From Mizuhopecten yessoensis (Eukaryota): a stretch of DNA of 64,000 nucleotides. The translations under genes were made by a program, and so were the position numbers. Shown in pieces: positions 41,401 through 55,285 of the stretch. Below the pieces are notes generated by a model. It saw only the letters and a program-made list of their open reading frames with translations, had not been told where the DNA came from and ran no database searches. Where the stretch lies: assembly GCF_002113885.1 (NCBI RefSeq), contig NW_018408821.1, forward strand, positions 1,077,676 to 1,141,675, given 5' to 3'. Numbering within the stretch: the stretch's first letter is position 1; each line of letters starts with the position of its first letter.

Positions 41401-42165
41401 GTGCTTAAAATAGAAAACAAATAATCGTGTTTGCCATTATCGGTGTTAATATCTAAAATTCCACCATCTTGATATTCTATATCTATTTACTTCATGGGTC
41501 ATCATAATTTTGTAAGGAAATGACAAGCTTCTGTTCATATCTTATATCATGAACGCAAGAGGGGTAAACAAAATGGGGGAGGACAGTATAAGATGACAAA
41601 CACGTGGATTTCGTTTGTTCTAAAAAATTTCATCATTTTACTGTTTGTTTTTGTGATTTTTTTTACACAATTTTACATAATTACATGCCTGTATTATTGT
41701 TTAGGTGGTGTGTGACTAAACTATTAAACGAACGAATGATCCAATATAAAGTACTATATGCCATTTGGTCGCCATGTTTATATACATTGTATGCAAACAG
41801 GACCAAGCACTAAGAAATGAGGAATCAGGTTTTACCATAACTTTCACACAATATGCAAGGAATGCTATATTTATAACACGAGATTCATTGTGTCATCCTT
41901 ATTTGTTCCATATCGTCTTACGTCAGAAAAGGAATATTTTGCACTTGATTTCTTTATTTGAAGTAAAAAACCTTACCTTTCTCAGCATATGGAATTTTGG
42001 TGGCCTTCCCGTCTGTCCCTCGGAACTGCCAGCCGTGGAACGGACACTCGATACAGTTACCAACAACGCGGCCCCCGATCCCTAGGTTAGCCCCCATGTG
42101 GGGACAGTAGGCATCCAGCACGTGACTCTCGCCATCTTCTCCACGAAATACCGCTAAATGAAGAC
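32436..42165 (-). CDS. nvd: Cholesterol 7-desaturase (neverland/DAF-36 Rieske oxygenase); 5'-partial; exons 42165-41977, 34919-34732, 34459-34214, 33756-33583, 32603-32436
   Basis: Rieske motif C-x-H-x17-C-x2-H ([32 protein letters not shown]); [13 protein letters not shown]; non-heme iron motif E-x3-D-x2-H-x4-H ([16 protein letters not shown]); [12 protein letters not shown]; [34 protein letters not shown]. Splice phases consistent. The N-terminal transmembrane/'PPxYPNGW' exon was not found in 42166-64000. Confidence 0.95.
32782..33056 (-). mobile_element. 5'-truncated SINE with Meta-like central domain
   Basis: T-rich (A-tail) end ttttgtttttgtttgttt, then cagctaaggtcatttaaggac, tttatagtgctatctcactgaaata and cccggtcacattatactgacagcggg, blocks I recall as typical of mollusc Meta-SINEs. 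Confidence 0.6.
38964..40060 (+). mobile_element. Internally deleted hAT-like DNA transposon (1097 bp) with 6-bp TSD
   Basis: TIRs CATACCTGCCAA / TTGGTAGGTATG; exact flanking duplication ACCTGA (38958-38963, 40061-40066); subterminal acccg repeats; stop-interrupted remnant ..[14 protein letters not shown] (~39490-39535) resembling the start of a BED finger. Confidence 0.8.
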
Positions 42166-42286
42166 CTGGAAAATAAAAACTAAATAAAAACATGTACAGT
42201 ATTACGTCATTTACGGTAATAGAATGTATGTGGTAAGCCGAATATGTTTAAACATCGCTGGGATTCCTGAAACCCTTTGGTTAAAA

Positions 42287-42660
42287 ACAGAACCATAGAG
42301 GGTCAGTAAGATTTATAGGGGGCGAGGGCGGAGCCCGAGCCTCCTATACATCTAACTGACCCTCTATGGTTCTGTAGAGGGTTAGTAACTGGCTATATAA
42401 CGAATTTATCGCATCGAGGACCCCTTTTGCTTAAAATGAAAATGATGTAATGCATAACATCATTTTCATTTCTGTTCATTTTTGTATCTGTTGTTTTAGT
42501 TTTGAAGCGGTGAGCAATGGGCGGCCATATCGCCCTATAATGGTATCCTACTGACCCTCTATGGAAAATTAGAGGGTCACCACGTGATAGCTCTAAACCA
42601 ATGGTTTTTGGACATTTTTGTCCGAGGTGCGATAATGATACATATGACGTCCTGTCTGTG
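42287..42660. mobile_element. Foldback element with 89-bp hairpin (apex CGAGGGCGGAGCCCGAG)
   Basis: acagaaccatagagggtcagt ... actgaccctctatggttctgt (42287-42375); the arm motif recurs at ~42551-42580. Same architecture as the 13676 element. Confidence 0.65.
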
Positions 42661-45600
42661 TTTTTCAATTCATACGATTAAATATTGGATATTGAAATCA
42701 ATTATAAAAGAGAAATGAGACAAAGTCTTTATACAGAAGTACATTAAAAAAAAGAGAGAGTAATGAAAACTCGTATAAATGAAGTGCTTAGCGTCCCGCC
42801 AGACCCTTGGTACATATGATAAGCGATTTGTTTTTCCTCGATTACTCATCAAGATAGCGATGGAATCTCCCATCAGAATACAAAAAGATCATTTTACATG
42901 AAAAATCTCCCCTGCGATGTCTTCTAGAGTGAAAGGTATGTTGAATTGTAGTATACATAATAGCGATCATTGCAGTAGATACAAGTATAGCTCGGTGTAT
43001 AATTCTTAACACTGTCTACATTCACTATGTACATGAATATAAATACTAGATAAAAATATGAAATGTCATTAAAGTCATTGTGATTGTAAATATATAGAAA
43101 AGAGATGACAAAGATATACTAAGAAGCCCCCTTGTGCTTCCACGGTGTTCAGCAGGGACTCGTTCGTGTTTTCCCTTTATGAATCTCTGAAGAGGTCAAA
43201 GCGCAAGTGAGCTGCTCAGAAACTCTTCGTTTTGTTGAAGCTAACGTCAGCGCTTCAAACCTCTTAAAAACGACACTGATGATCACCGAGGGTATCGTAA
43301 TCTACAACATCTACATACATGCGAACAAGCATACAAGACGAATAGACTCGATGAAAGGACAAACACATTATAAACAGATAAAAATACACGTGGCATTTCG
43401 TTGTAAATGCTAAGGTTATATATCACTGTTATTTAAAACATTTATACTAAAAGCATGTATTTTTAAAATGTATATCCAATACATTTACGATCCTGAAAAG
43501 GGGTTTATTTGAAATTGTCGTTACTTTTTATGAAACCTGTATAACAGGTTTTTTGGTTTTTTTTTGTGAAAGTAGGAAAACTAAATGCATAAATTGTATA
43601 TAACATCCGGCAGACGAGACGTAATGGAATATTTTTGGTTTTATCTAAATGTCATCAAACTCCCTAAGCTAATATGATCCGTCAATACTTCCGACGGACA
43701 ACCTTTTCATCTTTCAAAAATCATATTTTGCTAAATGTGAAACTGTGTAAATGTGAAACTGTGTTGTGATACTAAGTGTAGTTTGGATGTGATACATTAT
43801 CGACTTGACAATCCCTGGCAGCGTTCACGTTGAGTCAGATCACAACGTTCATGTATATCCACACCTGTCCAATCCCATACGTTTGGTCACTGGCATTATG
43901 ATTGATGCCCTTCGTCTCATAGTATTGTATAATGTTATTGTTTAACGTTTGTATTGACAGGGGGGAGTGTGTTACCCCGAAGTCAGAAACAGTTCGTACC
44001 GTTGCCCCAGTATCACATGCACTTTGCACCTATTGATCAAAGGTTTATTTATACACTCTGACACACTAAGTGGGTTTAAAGTTACCCCAGTGTCAGAATG
44101 GTTTTCTTATGTAAAGCCTACCTCACCAGTAACTGGTACACATTAACTACCGTAGTCAAATCAAATAGACGTTTCTGATGGCAACAGGAAAATATTTTGA
44201 TATTGAGATCGACCTCACTTTTCAAGGGTCACCTGATTTCTGACCATGAATATATATGTATATAAGCTATCCAATATTGAAAATAGTTCTTGACTCACCA
44301 TTCTTAATTTACCATAGGTTACAGAGAAGTGACCCAGTTTTCTTATTTACATATTTGTTAAGTTACTTAGTTAACCATTTCTTCCAAACTTCAATAATGG
44401 CCTGCTAATATTCGACCCAAGATCAAACAAGTGTCCACGTGTGAATGCATTTGGTATAGGTAACGGACTGTAAAAATGTTTGATAAATACAAATATTTTA
44501 TACTGATTCTTTCTCACCAATTTTGACCTTTAATAACGTATTTTAGTAGATATAATTTAACGTTGGATCCTGGATCTAAGATGCAAACTTGTATTACTGA
44601 CTGAAGATATTTATGTTACAGAAATAAGTATGATGTCTACAGGTAACTGTTTATTATACGGTACCTACTGGATACTGTTTGTAATGCATAAGCATGTGTA
44701 AATATCCTGAAGAAGACACTATTTTCCTTGCACTAGTACTTTTGGTTGTTAGAGTTCTTACGTCCTCGCAAGAGCCAGGGTCATCCTTATGTATGAGGAC
44801 GAGTGCCTAGGGAGACACTGTCGGAAAGAGAAATTAGATAGGAAAGAACGAAGACAGAATACGCAAAACATTCTAGGTGTTGAAATTGGGACAAGATATC
44901 AATTTTGGTCTGGCTCCTGTCCTCTTCGTAGAAGACAATGAAAAATAACCGCGTTTGTGCAGGGGCCCCCACACCAGCTACCATTTTGCGATACACAAGC
45001 GGTGGGATAGAAGCAGGTCTAATATTTTGAAGACATCAAGATAAGAAATCTAAGATAAATTCTGAGTCACTCCACGTTGTCAAAGTTGTTTGCTAAATTT
45101 AACATGTGTAAACATATTACATAAGATATCTGAAGAATTTTTAAAACAAGCAGGCCACGACTTTACAATTTCATGATATTCTAGACAGGACTATTTGACA
45201 AGGTATATATATTGAACTTGTAAAATGCCAGTCTAAGACAAACAGTTATAAATATATAGCCTTGCAGACGACAAGCCCTTGTTATTTCGATAAAAATAGT
45301 TCACACGGTTGGTCAGTCGCGACGTAGTGTGTCCTTGAACGAAATAAAAAATGATTGGTTCTTTGTTCTTCAAACAAACATACTGCGTACCTCTTCGAAA
45401 TTCACAAGTTCCCTGTGCAGATATAAACATACTACAATTAGTACTAAGTAGACTACAGACTGTTTATAATTAGTAAATTCACAAGTAAACGGTTTCTGCT
45501 CTTTTAATGTAGTGATATGCCCTTCTTCTATATCATGCACTATGTTGAATAATGTCCCACGGTGACATAGAATGATGTTTACATCTCTGTGGAATCGCAA

Positions 45601-46617
45601 CTATATAACCATTCCATGTTTAGATGACATTCATATCGTCCATGACTGCCATGGCACACCTGTTTACGTTATCATTATTATGACGTCAACAAAGATTTCA
45701 CTCTTCAGAATTGCTGATAATTTCATTGAGCAGATATACACGATATTTACACTCATTTGAGCTTAATGGTTTAGTCTTTATTTTGATAAATGCCATTAAA
45801 TATGAAAGTGAAATAAAAATGGTAATGTAAAACAATTAACCGCCTTCACTTGGCACATCCGTGCTTCGTGTTGAATTTTCCACGTTCCATTTGGCATTGA
45901 TATCCACTATGAATGGCAAGTGAGAGCAACAGTAGAATGTGTCATATAACGAAAATCACGTCAAGGGATTGTGTAAATACGATTTTTATGCAATATTTTA
46001 TTCAACGCAGCGAAATAATTTTATACATTTTTGCTTTAGATTACAATATTATGCTACTCAATGTGTTTTGTAATCATGTCCTCTTTTTCAATCTTTTTAA
46101 TGATCGTTATTGCAGCTTTGTTGACACAGATGTGTCAAGCTACCAGATGAAGTGTTCTCGTCAAACAAACAAACAAACAAACAATACCGTCCAACTTAAA
46201 CGTTTATCGCGAAATGATCAACATTAATCAAATGAGTTTAAACAGCATTATGTTCTATGAACATGTTTACGATTACAATCGGTGAACCTCAAGAGCTTGC
46301 AAGCTTTGCAGTCAAAGAAGTCGGGACCGTTCGATAACCATCGTGTTTCTTCCTATCGCATGCAGGCGTTGTTGCCGTTACTACCATGTACCACATATTT
46401 ATTGAATTAAGCACGCGTACATGCTACCGGATCCGGATACGCTACTGCAATGGTTGGCATCAAAGACGGCTGTCGATGAAACGTTTAGGTATCAAAACAC
46501 GCAGTGATGTCTGTGTAAAACTTAAACTCAACAACAGAGAGAAATATTTTGAAGTCAGTCACGTGATAAGCTTGTTCTAACAGATATTTTGCACATATGT
46601 TTATTGTAATGCAAACC

Positions 46618-48335
46618 TAGTCTAAAGTCTAATACCATGGCAAGCCTACAGTGTATAGTCTAGTATGATTATAGGCCTATAGTCTAAAGTCTACTGTGAT
46701 GACAAGCCTACAGTATGTAGTCTAGTGTGATGCGAGCCTACATTATATAGGCTTATGTGATGACAGGTCTACAGTCTGTAGTCTAGTATGATGATAGGCC
46801 TACGGTCTGTAGTCTAGTGTGATGACAGGCCTACAGTATATAGTTTAGTATGATGTCAGGTCTACAGTCTGTAGTCTAGTAGGATGACAAGCCTACAGTG
46901 TATAGTCTAGTGTGATGACAAGCCTACAGTCTGTAGTCTACTGTGATGACAGGCATACAGTCTGTAGTCTACTGTGATGACAGGCATACAATCTGTAGTC
47001 TAATGTGATGACAGGCCTACAGGAGATAGCCTAATGTGATGACAGGTCTACATTCTATAGTCTAGTATGATTGTAGTCAACTGTGATAACAGGCCTACAT
47101 TATATAGCCTAATGTGATGACAGGTCTACATTCTATAGTCTAGTATGATTGTAGTCTACTGTGATAACAGGCCTACATTATATAGCCTAATGTGATGACA
47201 GGTCTACATTCTATAGTCTGGTATGGTGTCAGGCATACAGTCTGTAGTCTACTGTGATGACAGGCATACAGTCTGTAGTCTACTGTGATGATAGGCCTAC
47301 AGTCTGTAGTCTAGTATGATGATAGGCCTACAGTCGGTAGACTAGTGTGATAACAATCCTTCAGTCTATAATCTAGTGTGATAACAAGCCTACAGTCGGT
47401 AGTCTAGAATGATGACAGGCCTAAAGTATATGGTCAAGTAGGATGACAAGCCTACAGTGTATAGTCTAGTGTGATGACACGCCTACAGTCTGTAGTCAAG
47501 TAGGATGATAGGCCTACACTCTGTAGTCTAGTATGATGATAGGCCTACATTCTGTAGTCCAGTATGATATCAGGCCTACAGTCTGTAGTATAGTAGGATG
47601 GTAGGCCTACAGTCTGTAGTCTAGTATGATGATAGGCCTACAGTATATAGTCTAGTGAGATGACAGGCATACAGTCTATAGTCTAGTATGATGACAGGCC
47701 TACAGTATATAGTCTAGTATGATGATAGGCCTACAGTCTGGAGTCTAGTATGATGATAGGCCTACAGTCTGGAGTCTAGTATGATGATAGGCCTACAGTC
47801 TGGAGTCTAGTATGATGATAGGCCTACAGTCGGTAGACTAGTGTGATAACAATCCTTCAGTCTATAATCTAGTGTGATAACAGGCCTACAGTCTATAGTC
47901 AAGTGTGATAACAAGCCTACAGTCTATAATCTAGTGTGATAACAAGCCTACAGTCTATAGTCTAGTGTGATAACAGGCCTACAGTCTATAGTCAAGTGTG
48001 ATAACAATCCTACAGTCTATAGTCTAGTGTGATAACAATCCTAGTCTATAGTCTAGTGTGATAACAAACCTGCAGTTTATAGTCTAGTGTGATAACAAGC
48101 CTACAGTCTATAGTCTAGTGTGATAACAAGCCTACAGTCTATAGTCTAGTGTGATAACAAGCCTACAGTCGGTAGTCTAGTGTGATAACAAGCCTACAGT
48201 CGGTAGTCTAGAATGATGACAGGCCTAAAGTATATGGTCAAGTAGGATGACAAGCCTACAGTGTATAGTCTAGTGTGATAACAAACCTACAGCCTATAGT
48301 TTTGTGTGATGACAAGCCTACAGGCTAAGGTCTAT
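46618..48335. repeat. 31-bp minisatellite, ~55 copies
   Basis: Consensus ~GTCTAGT(A/G)TGATGACAGGCCTACAGTCT(G/A)TA; tacag recurs at 47701, 47732, 47763, 47794. Confidence 0.97.
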
Positions 48336-49390
48336 TGAGAGAGATAATACACGTGACTTGTTGCTGCATTCGATCCCAGATTTGAGCAGTTAACAAGCCA
48401 ATTATAGGAAGCAGTGGCAAGGCGACAAAGCAACAATGGTTAATATATATGTCTTATTGTTTTACTCTTCGTCAATAAAACTATATCGATCGCTCACACA
48501 ATTTAGGTCCACTCTTGGTCACAAGGTTGTAGTGGTGATGCTGAGTTTGAGATATGGCAGGTACGAATGTACTTAACCATATGGGGTTTCCGTGACTACA
48601 GAATACCTCCGTGTTAATTTTCCTGAATTTCCTCGTTTGAAGACCCACAGTTTTTCACCCTGATCAGCCATTGAATACCTTCTAAAGAAGCCGTGCTTCT
48701 TCCTCGTAAAGATAATGAATTTACGTCTTTTAATGGTGTCTCTTCATTCTTTTCTACGTTCTGACGTTTTCATTCGATATAATGTAGTATAAGCATTAAT
48801 GTCACCAGACAAATCAAATTCTGACTCAAATGACCAATCCTTTTCTGTTTATTGACTTCGGTACAAAAAGGTCAGCAGCGTAGATTTATCTGCTCATGTT
48901 ATCTCTACGCTCCGTTGATATCGAGAATTGATAAACATGCAATCGTTCGATAAAACCATTACATTAATAACCTTGCAATAATGCCACCTTTTGTTCAACA
49001 TTGAAAATGATTTTACAAAATAATGAGGGAGACGCATGAAGGAATTATCAAGAGATAAAAGCAATTGCCCTTAATATATTTGGGTGTAAGCGAAATAGCA
49101 AATGAATCGAGGTGCTTAATATTAAATGAAAATACCATGTCACGTAATGTTCAATTTACGGGTTCGAGATAAAGTATCAACCCTACCTGTACAATCAATA
49201 CCAAAGTGCCTGGTATTCGCAATGTCATCGACAATACATGTACATGCTGATGGGATTGTGATTAGTCTCGTTCGTATGGCAATAACTGTACCTACACAAA
49301 AGTAGTAATCACAACGTTCGGCGAGATATTACGTCACCAGCACACGGAAAGAGACTAACACTGGTATTTATTATAGGTACTGCTCCACTC

Positions 49391-49568
49391 ACAAGGATAT
49401 ATCATATATATGTACATTACACAAGGATATATCATAAATATGTACATTACACAAGGATATATCATATATATGTACATTTCACAAGGATATATCATATATA
49501 TGTACATTACACAAGGAGTTGTCATATATATGTACATTACACAAAGATATATCATGTATGTACACAAG
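49391..49568. repeat. 30-bp minisatellite, ~6 copies
   Basis: Unit acaaggatatatcatatatatgtacattac; source of spurious 10-aa-repeat ORFs 49355-49598. Confidence 0.95.
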
Positions 49569-49729
49569 GCCGAACACACATCCCGCATGTCTTTTTAATG
49601 AAATAAAATTATTGCGGACGAAGTTTCTTATTTAGGTATCGAATAAAAGGGTGGTAGGATGATAACGGACAACCGGGACTATGTAAATGTTATTTCAATA
49701 CCAACAATAATAATGCATATGCATGGGTA

Positions 49730-50290
49730 CACAGTATAATACATACACATATGAACTGTGCTACACGTGTGATGATATACAGTATATAATACATACACAT
49801 ATGAACAGTGCTAGACGTGTGATGAGATACAGTATATAATACATACACACATGAACTGTGCTACACGTGTGATGAGATACAGTATAAAATACATACACAT
49901 ATGAACTGTGCTACACGTGTGATGAGATACAGTATATAATACATACACACATGAACTGTGCTAGATGTGTGATGAGATACAGTATATAATGCATACCGAT
50001 ATGAACTATGCTACACGTTTGCTGAAGTGCACTAATGCATACACACACGAAGGGGGATATACGTGTACTAAAGTATACTAAAATGCATACACATATGAAC
50101 TGTGCTACATGTTTGCTGAAGTGCACTAATGCATACACACACGAAGTGTGATATATGTGTGCTAAAGTATACTAGAATGCATACACATATGAACTGTGTT
50201 ACACGTGTGCTGAAGAATACAATATCATGCATACCCATATGAACTGTGCAACACATGTGTTGTGATAAAGTAAATAGAACGAACATACCC
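49730..50290. repeat. ~50-bp minisatellite, decaying rightward into an alternating two-unit form
   Basis: Unit acagtatataatacatacacatatgaactgtgctacacgtgtgatgagat at 50-bp spacing; variant pair (..gctgaagtgcactaatgcatacacacacgaag..) duplicated at ~50020 and ~50115. Confidence 0.92.
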
Positions 50291-50825
50291 TAACAGATAT
50301 AGCTCAAAGAAATCGTAAACACTGTGTATAGGGTTACTTTCCATTGAATTTATTTGTCTGTTTGTTTTTCTCTTGCCAGGGCAACGACGGAAAACTCAAT
50401 CACGTGTAACGGGAAAACATGCAAACTGATTGCTATCGTGAAGTCGTCAACAACAAGATCCCGGAAAACTTACTAGGTCTGCTCACAAAACTGTAACAAC
50501 GGATGTCAACCACAGCATGCCATAAATGTTGAATGCTTATATTAATTCAGCGCGGAAAACGGGTACGAAGTTGTCCTACATCTTGTAAATCGGTTACAAG
50601 CGATAACGTCACTATAATTTACATTTAACTTCGTGTTATCTCGCTAGCTCAGTACAAATGAAGGTAGGGCACTGACTTGGACGGAACTTGGCGGGGGCAA
50701 TATCTGGGATGAAATGCTTCATCATGTTATCAGAAAGCTTCCACCGTAAACAACTATTACGTCGTCTGTAAGTTGTGTGTGTAATCATCATGTTTTTTAC
50801 GGAAAGCATTTGCTAACTGTAGGGT

Positions 50826-51030
50826 GGTCGGGTGGTGCAGTGGATAGCACACTTGCCTTTCACAAAGGCGGCCGGGGCTCGATTCCCCGATCAGACGTGA
50901 AAAGGTTGCGGTCACCTGCCCGACCACGCGGGTTTTCTCCGCGTACTCCGGTTCCCTCACACACTAAGACCCCACGCGCTTCCGGGCCAATAAGAGTGAT
51001 TAATATAAGTGTCATAATTGTTGTAAAATA
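50826..51030 (+). mobile_element. tRNA-derived SINE with V-domain-like core
   Basis: A box tggtgcagtgg, B box gctcgattccc, core gggttttctccgcgtactccggttccctcacaca, followed by an A run at ~51033-51044. Confidence 0.8.
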
Positions 51031-51040
51031 ATGAAAAAAA

Positions 51041-51543
51041 AAAATGAGTCGGATGTGCATACGGAATTTGGTTGAAACATCTGAACAATATCTACAACAA
51101 TTATCACACGAAAACCAAAGAGTGGCCGAGATGGGTGGAAATACAGAGGAACACAAACATTGTAATCAAGTTTGAAGGAATTTGGCTTATATTTGCTAGA
51201 ATTATTAAGCGGAAACTGCAGACAATGACGTTTTTCGGTAATCAAGGGGCCATAACTCTGCCAAATGGAGCCCGATTAAAGTGGTTGTCAAACTTGGCCG
51301 AACCCTTAATGCGTTGAACCCTATTACTAAGTTTGAAGACAATCAGATACTATTTGCGAGAGTTAATGAACAGAAACATCAGATCATGACGTTTTTCTTT
51401 ATTCAAGGGGCCATAACTCCGCTAAATATAGTCCGCTGGAAGTGGTCATCAAACTTAGCCTAGCACTTAAGGCATTTAACCCTGTGGCCAAGTTTGAAGA
51501 AAATCGGTTAACATTTAGTAGTTATTGCACGGAAACGAAGCGT

Positions 51544-51574
<31 letters not shown>

Positions 51575-51624
51575 GGACAAACTCAAATTAATATCCTCGT
51601 TTCGGTGGAAGCGGGGGATAATAA
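51041..51624 (+). mobile_element. HINE-like element
   Basis: Internal ~160-bp units (aagtttgaag..., caaggggccataactc), (GACA)n at ~51544-51579, 3' hairpin atcctcgtttc-ggtg-gaagcgggggat followed by aataaa. Confidence 0.75.
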
Positions 51625-54459
51625 ATTTCATAAACCATGTTTGAAAACAAAAAATGGTGACGTTTATGTATGCGTTAATCGTCTCATTGACTGAATCATG
51701 TTGAACTTATGACACGTTTTAAATGTCAAAACGCAGCTACGAGTATACTTACTGGATGCGTCTTTCGAAATTTGCCAACTGTTAACACGTTCGAATTCAT
51801 AATTTTACATTTCCGTTGCAAATTCCCCATATAAAAATTAACAGAATATATATTGTATTCAAAGGGCTATGAACGGAACTAGATTAATGCCATTTTGACG
51901 ACTCCCCACCCACCTCGCACAACACGAGACTATCGTAAGAAGCCAATATTTAGATGACAATAGGGTTTTCCAGAAATGCCGTTTGCACTGGTGACAGATT
52001 AACTTTAATACTGCAAATATTTTAAGCACAAATGCCGGTATGAACGCAAAATAGTTCTACACAATGTATCTGTATATAACGGATGGATGTAACCGATTTT
52101 CGTCCATGCCGACACGAACGAATCGATACTTGTATCCGAGCACATCGCGGATAACTGACTATACTGCTCAGTCCTTGCTGGAATTCTGTATAGGGTACTC
52201 CTTATGTTCAGTCTTCCAGCTTGTCTTACGAAGAATGTTCGAGGTTTAATAACTCACTGGGTCTATAGAATGTACCTTCTGATTACCGACATGTTCTATA
52301 AATTAGCACATCTACTAATTACATACGCTATTTTAAAGTATGCATAACGAATATATAAATACGTATACGTACAATGTACTCTGGTTCAATATGAAATTCA
52401 ATGCACCGTGATACACTATTACCTCCTTTTCACGTGTGAATACATATCAAATCAATGTTATGAATACGAATGGAAGAGTAATACCCTCTTAGTATATGTC
52501 TCATCACGCCGGTCAATACAGCACCCTAGTTCATAGCGTTGTTGTCAATACAGCACCCTAGTTCATAGCGTTGTTGTCAAAGCAGCGATGGGGTCCATTC
52601 TATCGTACTATTTGTATATAATCTTCGCCTTTCATGACTTCATATATTTCAGTTGTGTGGATTAAACGTGTCATATTTCAACGCCATTTCCCCTTTTAAA
52701 AAATTCAAAACAAATTTGTTTTTCATTTAACGCGTTTTTATAAATGTTCAACGAAGCGGAACGAATAACCAAATTGCAATAAATAGGTGGCGACGGACAG
52801 GTTTCCAAAATAAATAAAGCAGAGTCCAAATTTGATCCATAATTAGAAGCATACACATGGACAGGGGTGTGGCTTGCCTTTTAAAGAGAAATCTCGAAAA
52901 CGTTTTTTTAAAAAAGGTATACTTTAATCAGGCAAATAGTGACGTAGGCATATTTAATCGTGAAAGTTGAATGCGTTTTACATATTTATAAAATAATTGA
53001 TCTGGCCGTGAATAATCACTCTTTATAATGTAGATCGATAACTGGTCTGATTAATTACATATCGTCACGTTTACGTGTGTAGATGTTCACGCATTCAATA
53101 CGGGCATGTAGGGCGAAATGTAAGCTTCGGTTCGTATGGCAATTATGCGTTGGTTGGCATAAGATCTTTTATAATGATTTTAATAATATACGACTTCAAA
53201 CGAAAGTGTCTCTTCTGTTCGAAAGTTATCAACCGATGTACATGTATAGTATATGTATGAAGGCCACGCTTGAGATGATTTCTGTGAAAATTGTTAATGT
53301 ACGAACCCCATGCATAGATTTGTACGAAACTAAAGCACTTGTTTGTAAGAAAATCAAATATATGTAGAATACGCTTTTAGTGTATTCTCATTTATAATAA
53401 TAACAAACCACTGTCTTTCAACTTTAAGATACGTGTGTTGCGGTTCTCGGTATCGTGTCGACGTAATGTATCTGTACTGTATTTTATCTAGGTGGAGCTA
53501 TACGGCTTTTAATGGTAAACATCGTATACAGAAAACAACAAGGTGTCTTCTGAGAATTTGACAGGCAGTCACAGAAGTTTACTATCTAGCGTTCGTTCAC
53601 TGAAATCAGTTAAAAGAATCCGAAACTACCACTCGAAACATCTCGACCAATTTTATGGTAAAAATGATTCAAAACCAGGACTGATTTACCTGAGATGTTT
53701 GCAATTGTGGAGACCCTCAAAATATTAATAACAAATATTACGCAGATATTTGATAAATCATCTTATCAGCACGATTGAAGTGCAAGGTGTGCGTATAAGC
53801 CATTGGAATTTCTCATTGCGAGGCAAACAATACAAATATTTGTAATTTTTCGGATATTTCTCAATAACCGCATTTTTTATATTTCTCCGAACGACTATTT
53901 ATAAACTAACTATACTTTGAATGACCGTGACGTTGTCTTGACAAGTACATTGTAAGTCAGTGTACCTATTCAGGTCACCTTTATATTACATGTATATATT
54001 GGTGTTCGATAATCGAACTGCTCAAACTGCTGGTTGGTAACGTTACACGATCGGAATTATGTGCAAACAGACGGTTAACTGACAAACAGAGTTTGAGGAC
54101 ACTTTAAAACGGCATAATGCCTTTGCGGGTGGTTTAAATGGTGTGATATATCTTAGTCTTGATATAACCTGTACATTGAAGCACAGTACACAACGATGTT
54201 TTTGTAGTTTACAAATACATGTATTCTTGACTCCAAAAGCCAATATTTACACACATTGAAAATTACTTGGAAACATGAACAAAGTCGACACCCGTATAAG
54301 CCAATAATAGAACACCTCCTGCAATCATAGTCTTTCTTATTGCTTTACGTCCCATCGACAATTAAAGTTCAGGTGCCAGAAAGTCGTGAACATTTACGTG
54401 TTTAATTGGAAATGGGTATAGAGCCCGACATATCACTTGTTTATACATTGACACTCATT

Positions 54460-54900
54460 ATTGACCTTTCACCTACTGACCACGGCATTAACACTGACCT
54501 ACTAACTTACTTAAACTTGTATCTTGACCTACTAATTTACTTAAACCTGTTTCTTGACCTACTAACTTACTTAAACCTGTGTCTCATGAAATCAACATTA
54601 ACCTTTTACCTATTGAAGTCAAGACTTACCTTTTACTTACAATGTATTTGCCCCTACATTGACCTTTTAACTTTTGAACTCAAACCGACTTATTACCTAT
54701 TGACCGCTACATTGACTGTTTAACTATTGAACTCAAGACTGACCTTTTATCTATTTACCTTTATATTGACCTCTACCTATTGGAATCAAGATAGACGTTT
54801 TAGTTATAAACATCAACATAATATTAACCTTTAACCTATAGCTACTGACATCTAAAACACTTGTTTTGCCAACTGACATCACTATTGCTCTTTCACCCAA
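54460..54900. repeat. Degenerate tandem repeat built on tgacct motifs (~30-bp units at left)
   Basis: tgacctactaa(c/t)ttacttaaac x3 at 30-bp spacing (54495-54580), then decayed ttgacct/acctattgaa units. Confidence 0.6.
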
Positions 54901-55285
54901 TGCCATCAAGCTATCCACTTGACACAAAATACGAGTATAACGTTTTAGTAATGTGTTCACGTAGAAACTAAAATTCTTTGTAGTACAGAACATGAATTCC
55001 GGTCTAAAGTAATTGTGACATTGAACTTTGACCATAAGTGTAACCACGATCAATGTGAACAAGAGTGTGATGACTGACTATATTATATAGTATGATAACT
55101 TTTTCACAACTCTTACATAGAATGGCTACTATCGTTATTTTATCAACTGTTGTTTTAAATGATTGTATGTTGTAGTATTAAGGATGAGACGCAAACAAAC
55201 TATTTTAACTTGAACTTCTAGGTTAGTGGTTACCTTACGTGATCCTTTCAGCTGACGCCTAGATCCCGGTCACCTGGCACAATAT

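Noticed and set aside
46618-48335. CRISPR array or tandem C/D snoRNA array (TGATGA in many units)
   Set aside because: Head-to-tail monomers with no unique spacers and no CTGA D boxes; eukaryotic context with no cas genes.
49355-50286. ORFs with 10-aa and longer periodicity
   Set aside because: Direct translations of the 30- and 50-bp minisatellites.
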